Both the position numbers and the translations under genes were made by a program. 36,605 bases of DNA from Vulcanimicrobiaceae bacterium (lineage in GTDB: Bacteria; Vulcanimicrobiota; Vulcanimicrobiia; Vulcanimicrobiales; Vulcanimicrobiaceae): the NCBI GenBank assembly GCA_046262595.1, contig JBHEMM010000027.1, forward strand, positions 1-36,605. The letters are read 5' to 3'. Shown in pieces: positions 29,971 through 36,605 of this stretch (its first letter is position 1; each line of letters starts with the position of its first letter). A model generated the notes under the pieces. It was not told where the DNA came from and did not search any database. It saw nothing but the letters and a program-made list of their open reading frames with translations.

Positions 29971-30933
29971 GTGTGCATCTGGATCGTCGTGCCCGGCCCC
30001 GTAATACCGCTCTTCGCGCTCACCGTCGGCGCAACCGAACTCTGGCCGCTGCTCGCCGTGCTCGACGGCATCGTGCTTGCCTGGGCAGCGTACGCTCCGC
30101 GAACACCGCTTGGCGCTGTTACGATCGTTCTGGCCGGCTGCGCTTTGGCGTTCACGCTGGTACCGCCGGTTGCGTATGCGCTCCACGGGCCGCGCGTGCC
30201 GCTGCAGGCGCTTTTTGCCGTTGACGATCGTCCCGTGCCGCCGGGCGGCGCGCTAACGGTTCTGGCGATTTACGGCGGGGCTTGGCAGCGCGGCGCCCCC
30301 GGCAAAGACGCACAGATGAACGCTCGGATTGCGTCGTGGGGTTTCCGCGTGATCGCTTTGCAGTATCCGCATGCGCCCGCATTCCGCTGGCCGGCGCAGC
30401 GCGATGCGATCCTGCGGCAGATCGACGCCCTCAAAGACAAGCGCATCGTGTTATTGGGTCATTCTTCCGGCGCTCAGCTCGCTCTCATCGCCGCCGCGCT
30501 GCGTCCGGGCCGCGTTGCGGGCGTCATCACGTACCAAAGCCCGGTCGACCTTGCGCTCGGATACGATTATCCTTCGCATCCCGACATCATCAACGCGCGC
30601 GCAATCATGAGCGCACTCTGCGGCGGCACACCGGCCGCAGTGCCGGAATGTTACCGCTCCGCATCGCCGCGCTATGCGGTGCACGCGGGCATGCCGCCCG
30701 TGCTGATGATCGCAGCCGGGCGCGACCATGTCGTCGACTTGGGTTTCGAGCATCTCCTTCGCGAGACATTGCGCGCCGACGGTGTGGATGTCGAGTATAT
30801 CGAACTGCCGTGGGCCGACCACGCGTTTGAAACGGTAGCCGCCGGTTTTCACAACCGCATTGCGCTGTGGTTCGTGCACAAATTTTTGGAACGCATCGCG
30901 CAAGGCGCTGCAGGGCCGCCGCACGGGATGTGA
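29971..30933 (+). CDS. Membrane-anchored alpha/beta hydrolase (esterase/lipase-like); start uncertain
   Basis: N-terminal TM helices, YGGAW oxyanion motif, GHSSG nucleophile, GRDHVV, WADHAF. Confidence 0.85.
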   Translation: MCIWIVVPGPVIPLFALTVGATELWPLLAVLDGIVLAWAAYAPRTPLGAVTIVLAGCALAFTLVPPVAYALHGPRVPLQALFAVDDRPVPPGGALTVLAIYGGAWQRGAPGKDAQMNARIASWGFRVIALQYPHAPAFRWPAQRDAILRQIDALKDKRIVLLGHSSGAQLALIAAALRPGRVAGVITYQSPVDLALGYDYPSHPDIINARAIMSALCGGTPAAVPECYRSASPRYAVHAGMPPVLMIAAGRDHVVDLGFEHLLRETLRADGVDVEYIELPWADHAFETVAAGFHNRIALWFVHKFLERIAQGAAGPPHGM

Positions 30934-30945
30934 AACGAACCGGTC

Positions 30946-32061
30946 ATGAGCAGTGTGCGCGTTTTGGTGGGCACGCGTAAAGGTGCCTTCGTACTGACAT
31001 CCGACGGCAAGCGCCAAGACTGGAATGTAAGCGGCCCGCATTTCGCAGGCTGGCAAATCTATCACGTAAAAGGCTCACCGGCCGATCCGGACCGCGTCTA
31101 CGCCTCACAAAGCAGCGGATGGTTCGGCCAGCAGATTCAGCGGTCGGACGACGGCGGGGTCACCTGGGCTCCGGCGGGCAACGATTTCACGTACGACGGC
31201 GTTCCGGGGACGCATCAGTGGTATGACGGCACGCCGCATCCGTGGGAGTTCGCGCGCGTTTGGCATCTGGAACCGTCCCTTACCGATCCGCAAACAGTCT
31301 ACGCGGGCGTGGAAGACGCGGCGCTGTTCAAAAGCACGGATGGTGCGAAGAGCTGGCACGAACTTTCAGGGCTGCGCACACACAGCACGGGAAACTCATG
31401 GCAGCCGGGCGCCGGCGGCATGTGCCTGCACACCATCATTCTCGATCCGCGCGACGAGCGGCGGATCTTTACCGCAATCTCCGCCGCCGGCGCATTTCGC
31501 AGCGACGACGCCGGGGCATCATGGCTGCCGATCAACCAAGGTTTGCGTTCGGAGCAGATTCCGGATCCGCAAGCGCCGGTCGGACATTGCGTGCACCGCC
31601 TGGCGCAGCATCCCTCGCGGCCCGACACGCTGTTCATGCAGAAGCATTGGGACGTGATGCGCACCGACGATGCGGGCGCGCAATGGCGAGAGGTCAGCGG
31701 CAATCTTCCCACCGATTTCGGTTTCTGCATCGACGTGCACGCGCACGAACCGGACACCGTTTTCGTCGTTCCGATCAAGAGCGACTCCGAGCACTTTCCG
31801 TTGAACGGACAGCTGCGCGTGTACCGCAGCCGCACCGGCGGCGATGAATGGGAGCCGCTTACTGCCGGTTTGCCGCAAAGCGACTGCTACGTGAACGTGC
31901 TGCGCGACGCAATGGCGGTCGACTCGCTCGATGCGTGCGGCGTTTACTTCGGCACGACCGGCGGGCAAGTGTACGCATCGGCCGATTCGGGCGATTCGTG
32001 GAAACCAATCGTTCGCGATCTGCCGGCCGTGCTCTCGGTCGAGGTGCAAACGCTCGCGTGA
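30946..32061 (+). CDS. BNR/Asp-box beta-propeller protein (sialidase-like fold)
   Basis: Repeated S-x-D-x-G-x-x-W boxes ([40 protein letters not shown]); VGTRKG at the N-terminus; no signal peptide. Confidence 0.9.
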   Translation: MSSVRVLVGTRKGAFVLTSDGKRQDWNVSGPHFAGWQIYHVKGSPADPDRVYASQSSGWFGQQIQRSDDGGVTWAPAGNDFTYDGVPGTHQWYDGTPHPWEFARVWHLEPSLTDPQTVYAGVEDAALFKSTDGAKSWHELSGLRTHSTGNSWQPGAGGMCLHTIILDPRDERRIFTAISAAGAFRSDDAGASWLPINQGLRSEQIPDPQAPVGHCVHRLAQHPSRPDTLFMQKHWDVMRTDDAGAQWREVSGNLPTDFGFCIDVHAHEPDTVFVVPIKSDSEHFPLNGQLRVYRSRTGGDEWEPLTAGLPQSDCYVNVLRDAMAVDSLDACGVYFGTTGGQVYASADSGDSWKPIVRDLPAVLSVEVQTLA

Positions 32062-32354
32062 TCCGTGTCGTGTTGCCCGCACATCTCAAGACGCTCGCGC
32101 GCGTCGACGGAGAGGTGCAGCTCGACCTCGGCGGCCGCGCGACGCACGCCGCGGTGCTCGATGAACTCGAAGCGCATTATCCCGCGCTCGCCGGCACGAT
32201 TCGCGATCGTGCAACGGGCAAGCGGCGCGCGTTCGTGCGCTTTTTTGCCTGCGGAAAAGATCTTTCGCACGAACCCGCCGCGATGCCGTTGCCCGATGCG
32301 GTGATCAGCGGCGCAGAGCCGTACCTGATCGTCGGAGCGATGGCCGGTGGTTAA
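32058..32354 (+). CDS. MoaD/ThiS family ubiquitin-like protein
   Basis: GTGA overlap; [10 protein letters not shown]…[14 protein letters not shown]…RAFVRFFAC…GAMAGG with C-terminal GG. Confidence 0.9.
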   Translation: MIRVVLPAHLKTLARVDGEVQLDLGGRATHAAVLDELEAHYPALAGTIRDRATGKRRAFVRFFACGKDLSHEPAAMPLPDAVISGAEPYLIVGAMAGG

Positions 32355-33204
32355 GTCGGCCCTGCTTGCCGCGATGCTTGCGGCCGCCGCGCCTAGCCAC
32401 ACCGACGCAGGTTTGCAAACGCAGCTCGCTGCGATGATTGCACAGCACGCCGGTAAGGCCGCGATCTACGCGATCGATCTGAACAGCGGCAAGATGGCAG
32501 CCGTGAACGCCGATACGCCCGTGCCGACCGCTTCGGTCATAAAACTGGCGGTGCTGTTCGAGGCGCTCAAGCAAGTGCGGTCTGGGCGGGTGCACTTGGA
32601 GGACCGCTTGACGATGGCCAAAGGCGATCAGGTCGAAGGCTCCGGCGTGCTCACCCTCTTCGATACGCCGCTCACGTTAACGCTCAAAGATGCGCTCACG
32701 ATGATGATCGTGCAGAGCGATAACACCGCAACGAATCTCGTTATCGATCATTTGGGCTTAGCCAACATTGATGAGGGCATCACTTCGCTCGGACTGCGGC
32801 ACACGTGGCTGTATAAGAAAGTGTTTAAGCCTGCGGTCCAGCCGGCGCCGGCGGATCAGGCGCGTTTCGGTTTAGGCAAGACGACGGCGCGCGAAATGGG
32901 GTTACTGATGCAGCAGTTTGCCGTCTGTGCGTTTCCCAAACCGCTGTGCGATGCCGCGCTCGAGATGCTCAAGAATCAGTCGGACCGCAGCGCGATTCCG
33001 CGGTACTTGCAAGAAGCCACGGCCAATAAAACCGGCGCGCTCGATGAGGTGCGCAACGACGTGGCGATCGTTTACGCCAAAAACGGTCCCATCGTGATCT
33101 CGGCCTTCACCTACGCGAATAAAGACCGGCGCTGGAGCCCGGATAACGGAGCGCAATTACTGATGGCGCGCATGGCGCAGACGATCGTCCGGCGCTGGCA
33201 GTAA
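32347..33204 (+). CDS. Secreted serine hydrolase, class A beta-lactamase-like fold
   Basis: Signal peptide, SVIK (SxxK), SDN, KTG. Confidence 0.88.
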   Translation: MVKSALLAAMLAAAAPSHTDAGLQTQLAAMIAQHAGKAAIYAIDLNSGKMAAVNADTPVPTASVIKLAVLFEALKQVRSGRVHLEDRLTMAKGDQVEGSGVLTLFDTPLTLTLKDALTMMIVQSDNTATNLVIDHLGLANIDEGITSLGLRHTWLYKKVFKPAVQPAPADQARFGLGKTTAREMGLLMQQFAVCAFPKPLCDAALEMLKNQSDRSAIPRYLQEATANKTGALDEVRNDVAIVYAKNGPIVISAFTYANKDRRWSPDNGAQLLMARMAQTIVRRWQ

Positions 33205-33215
33205 TCCCCGGGCGC

Positions 33216-33251
33216 TTGCATTCTGAGATAACTTTGTGGTACAAAGTTATC
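33216..33251 (+). promoter_or_regulatory. Putative promoter overlapped by a perfect 11-3-11 palindromic operator
   Basis: GATAACTTTGT-GGT-ACAAAGTTATC (33227-33251). TTGCAT at 33216 and TGn-TACAAA at 33237-33245; ATG follows immediately at 33252. Confidence 0.65.
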
Positions 33252-33815
33252 ATGCGTTGGAAACCTTTAACGGCGATCGCCGGCGCCGCATGCGCTCTTT
33301 ACGCGCTCTTTGTGGTGCTGGTGGTCTTCCTCGCGTTTTGGCGTCCGCCGCAACCGCTGCCGCTGGGCACCGTTCAGTGGGTTCAAGAGGCCGGCGCGAC
33401 CGTGGATTCCGTCGAGCGCGTGGCGCGCATCACCGACGGCAAACGAATTGCTGTCGCGCGCGGCCAATTTTACATCGTGCATGCGCGTGTGCTGGCGCCG
33501 CTCGGCCTTCGCCCGCATTGGAGTGACGACGACGTGGAAGTGCGCACGTTCTCCGGCTCGGGAGGCAGCATGCGCGGTCTGCGGTTCGGCGTTGACGAAG
33601 CGGCGCAGCGGATTCTGGATCGAAGGACCGGGCGACCGGGGCCGCATCACGTCATCATCGGCGCCTCGCAGCACGAAGACCTGGTATTCGATCTGCCGCG
33701 CAATGTGGAGCAGCCCGGGATTCTTTTCCTTGCCGCAAACGATCCGGCGCAACTGCTCGAGCTCATCTTCGGCCGGGTTTGGCAGCCGCACCGCTTTAAT
33801 CTGCGCTATGACTGA
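33252..33815 (+). CDS. Hypothetical membrane-anchored protein (DUF4352-like beta-sandwich)
   Basis: N-terminal TM; GQFYIVHARV…EDLVFDLP motif. Confidence 0.7.
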   Translation: MRWKPLTAIAGAACALYALFVVLVVFLAFWRPPQPLPLGTVQWVQEAGATVDSVERVARITDGKRIAVARGQFYIVHARVLAPLGLRPHWSDDDVEVRTFSGSGGSMRGLRFGVDEAAQRILDRRTGRPGPHHVIIGASQHEDLVFDLPRNVEQPGILFLAANDPAQLLELIFGRVWQPHRFNLRYD

Positions 33816-34441
33816 GTATGCGCCACCGCCACGCATTCCAAAAGGTTGAACCCGCGGGCGAAGGATCGATGCCCGTAATTCCGCGGCGATACGCGTTCGG
33901 CATGCGCACTTGCCAAAGCGTGAGTTCGGGAAGATCGCGCACCAGTTCACGCTGCACCAGCGCGTAGTCGGCTTTGCGCCGGGCGCGATCGAACGTGAGC
34001 AGCGCATCGTGCATTGCGGCATCGGCCTTGCGGTTACACCAAAAATAGTAATTTTGACCAGCCGGCGGTCGTTGATCGCAAGCGAAGTTCCACGTGTCGT
34101 CAGGGTCCGGGCCGAGCGTCCACCAGGCGTCGTATGCGAGCTGGTATCTTCCGTTTGCAAGGATGCCGCCGGCCGATTTCGGCCCCCAAAGCAGCGTCAG
34201 CGGATACGTTTTAATACTTACCGCGATGCCGGCGTCGGCAAGATAACGCTGGATCATCGCCGCCACCAGCGCCGAGCCGTTAATGCCCTGCGGCGAGATC
34301 GCGAACGTCAGCTCGAGCGGATGCCCGTTCTTCGCCCGCATCCCGCGCGGCGTCATCCGCCATCCGGCCGCGTCGAGCAAGCGGCGCGCCGCAGCCGGAT
34401 CGTACCGAATGCGCGCGACGGTGCCGTCGTGCGCCCAACTC
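33796..34441 (-). pseudogene. C-terminal fragment of a family-5 (peptide/nickel) ABC solute-binding protein
   Basis: SWAHDG…YDPAAARRLLDAAGW…KNGHPLEL…IQRYLADAGI…GPDPDD…NYYFWCN…QRELVRDLP…FWNAWRW. No genuine N-terminus in place. Confidence 0.9.
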
Positions 34442-34950
34442 GCGATCGTCGCAACGTTCTTTGGACCGCAGGGCGTGCCCGCGCTCATGCCCGCGCATCT
34501 GCTGCAACGCTATCCCGATCTGAATCGCATTGCGTATAACCAGCGCCCCGTCGGCGCCGGACCGTACCGTGTCGTGCAATGGAAACACGGCGATTCCATT
34601 ACGCTCGAGGCCAATCCGCTGTATTGGCGCGGCAAGCCGCAGATTGCGCACCTGGTGTTCCGCATCATTCCCGATGCGAATACGCGAAAGCAGCAGCTGC
34701 AAACGGGCGAGACGGATGCCTATTTCGACGTGGATCCGCAGTTGCTGCCGCAAGTGCGCTCCGTAAGCGGGGCAAACGTGCTGCTCACGCCGGTGAACGA
34801 CATGCACATCGTTCGCTTCAATTTGACCGATCCGGTTCTGGCCGACGTGCGCGTGCGTCGGGGCATTGCGCTGGCGCTCGATCGGCGCAAGATCGCGCTT
34901 GCGGCCACGCACGGCGCGAGTGTCTTGTTGGAAGGCGATCAGCCGCAAAC
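34442..34950 (+). pseudogene. Middle fragment of the same solute-binding protein, inverted
   Basis: AIVATFF…MPAHLL…PVGAGPYRVVQWKHGDSITLEANPLYWRGKP…LQTGETD…FNLTDPVLADVRVRRGIALALDR…GDQPQ. Confidence 0.9.
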
Positions 34951-35200
34951 GATGGCGCTCGATATGTTTTACGCGAACGCTATCGCTGCGTGGGAACGTC
35001 TTGTCCCAGTAAATGTGGCGCTTCGGCGTGACGGAGGCAATAGCGTGTGGGAAAACTTCGAATACTTTGTGGTGCTTTCGCAAGCGTGGTACGCAGCGCA
35101 TCCCGACGGCACGTATCCCTCGGGCGTAAGGCGCATCGATCTCAAAGATGATCTGCTTGAAGCGGATAACCAATACGTCGCCGTCCGTCAAGCCACGTAA
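34950..35200 (+). pseudogene. C-terminal fragment of the membrane-anchored protein that starts at 36033, inverted
   Basis: MALDMFYANAIAAWERLVPV..LRR….VWENFEYFVVLSQAWYAAHPDGTYP… is unrelated to solute-binding proteins and continues …KRRIIDR naturally. Confidence 0.8.
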
Positions 35201-35207
35201 TACGCCG

Positions 35208-35687
35208 GTGCGTTTGGACGTTTGTAAGACACTCTTGTTGCTCACGCTTGCGCTGAGCGCATGTTCCGGCGGCAGCACAGCCGGCGGTCAAACATTGGTC
35301 TTTACCGGGCTCGCCGGCGAGCCGGACTCGTTGAACCCGCTCGTTTCCACGTCCACCGATCTCTACAACCTCAGCCACTTATACATGTCGCTGCTTGTCG
35401 AAAGCGACGCGCGCGGCCGGCTCGTTCCTGAAATCGCAAGCGCCGTTCCGACGATGCAGAACGGCGGCATCTCGCCCGACGGCCGGACGATCGTCTATCA
35501 TTTGCGCCGCAACGTGCGCTGGCAGGACGGCGTAGCGCTCACGGCGCGCGATGTGCTGTTCAGCTACCGGGCGGCCATCGATCCGCGCAACAACGTCCCG
35601 ACGCGCGTCGGCTACACCGATGTGTTCTCGGTTTCTGCGCCGGATGCGTATACCGTTGTGGTGCGCATGCGACGCCCGTTTTCGCCG
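35208..35687 (+). pseudogene. N-terminal fragment of the same solute-binding lipoprotein, inverted
   Basis: Lipobox LSAC, EPDSLNP, LVPEIA..VPT.QNGGISPDGRTIVYHLRRNVRWQDG..LTARDVLFS, APDAYTVVV…PFSP, then an abrupt stop. Confidence 0.9.
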
Positions 35688-36033
35688 AGCGATCGATGAT
35701 ACGCCGCTTCGCAAATACGCCCAGGTTCTCGAATCTGTTACCCACAAGCATGATCTTCGTGACGAGACCTTGGCTTTCAGGCGTGCGCGCATGCCGGTGA
35801 GCAACTTGATAACGGAATTCGGGGCCTTGCCAGTTCTTTAGCAGTTCTGTGAGAACGAAATTCTGAGCATCGGCGAAAACCGGCGTATTAAAGGCGCGCT
35901 GAACCTCGCTGAGGCCCTCGATAAGATTTGCGCTGCGAGCGTGCCGAAGTTGAAAGAGAGCCGCCATTGCGGTCGCCGCGATAACGAGAAACGTGCCGAA
36001 GGTCGCTAGGGAATTAAAAAGTTCCAAAGACAT
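35688..36033 (-). pseudogene. N-terminal fragment of a membrane-anchored hypothetical protein (DUF4760-like)
   Basis: ATG 36033 after GAGAGG; MSLELFNSLATFGTFLVIAATAMAALFQLRH…GNRFENLGVFAKRRIIDR, after which the frame reads antisense into the inverted segment. Confidence 0.78.
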
Positions 36034-36107
36034 AACGCCTGCCTCTCTCAAAGTGTATTCGCAGCCCTGGAACCTTCGGCCGGCGCGTGGCACAAACTTC
36101 TCGGGTA

Positions 36108-36581
36108 TCACGCGTTTGGGCCGTTCCGGCACGACTTACAGCGCCAAGCCGGCATCTCCGGCCAGTTCACGCAACCTCCAAGTGCGATCTCTCCCCGGTC
36201 TGCCGCTTAACCCATCTCAATTCCAGGCAAAACGTACGCGATCGGCATAACGCTCGCAGTATGGCAATTGGGGCAACACGGCCGAACGCTGCTTGTCGGC
36301 GACTTGCGCTTCCTGCAGCTTGGCGACCAGAACGTGCGCAGAAAATCCTGACATCGCGCTTCGGTGCCGTCCCAGACGGAATAGAACCCGTTTGCTTCGA
36401 GATCTTATTCCGGAATGTCCGAGAGCGGGCGCCATATTAGCGTGATGCCCGCATCTCGTAGTGCCTTGCAGAGCGCGGCGTCAGGCTGCCATTTCGAGAA
36501 CAGTGTAATTGAATCCAAGCCGATGCCGTCGGCAAACAGTATCAGCGTCAAGAGTAGATCGCGTTGGAAGCGCTGGGACAA
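36108..36581 (-). pseudogene. Degraded gene with C-terminal zinc ribbon and two in-frame TAA stops
   Basis: One frame reads LSQRFQRDLLLTLILF…WRPLSDIPE*DLEANGFYSVWDG…CPNCHTASVMPIAYVLPGIEMG*AADRGEIALGGCVNWPEMPAWRCKSC. Stops at 36407-36405 and 36209-36207. Confidence 0.65.
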
Positions 36582-36605
36582 ACCTTACAGTCCTTTCCTT
36601 ACAGG

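Noticed and set aside
33227..33251. Resemblance of the palindrome arms to loxP (ATAACTTCGT…ACGAAGTTAT)
   Set aside because: The arms are shorter and the spacer is 3 bp rather than the 6-8 bp of tyrosine-recombinase sites. It also lies over 1 kb from the inversion breakpoints.
34283..35200. 305-aa plus-strand ORF as a genuine gene
   Set aside because: It is a chimera of antisense sequence, the middle of the solute-binding protein and the C-terminus of another gene, created by the inversion junctions.
35560..36132. 190-aa minus-strand ORF as listed in the track
   Set aside because: The better start is ATG 36033, and the part after …IIDR reads antisense through the inverted segment.
1..36605. 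CRISPR array, transposase, integrase or prophage genes
   Set aside because: I saw no regularly spaced repeats and no recognisable mobile-element proteins.

Overview
A GC-rich bacterial chromosomal segment. The gene repertoire suggests Candidatus Eremiobacterota/Vulcanimicrobiota, which is an inference I could not test. From left to right: a frameshifted secreted CBM9/DUF5916-like gene running off the left edge; a DUF488 gene; a non-canonical cbb3-type oxidase operon (ccoN, ccoO, a 57-aa membrane peptide, and an Ig-like/TM/monoheme cytochrome c); tRNA-Thr(CGT); a more AT-rich signalling block (hybrid histidine kinase, REC-HD-GYP, frameshifted MASE4-GGDEF, MalT/BTAD-type regulator, lipoprotein); a 56-aa lipopeptide gene directly upstream of a TPR-LuxR regulator; DUF2079; gamma-carbonic anhydrase with 2-oxoacid:ferredoxin oxidoreductase alpha/beta; rpsR-rplI-lonC-dnaB; a secreted glycoside-hydrolase-like lipoprotein; glutamine synthetase; and a run of hydrolase, beta-propeller, MoaD and serine-hydrolase genes. 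At the right end two genes are scrambled: two adjacent segments (about 34442-34950 and 34950-35687) each appear inverted in place. Flipping them back, with one junction base shared, rebuilds a 544-aa family-5 ABC solute-binding lipoprotein and a 198-aa membrane-anchored protein. The best candidates for new biology are this double inversion (real rearrangement or assembly/amplification chimera) and the lipopeptide plus TPR-LuxR pair, a possible RRNPP-like peptide signalling system. All family assignments come from motif recognition by eye; no database searches were run.
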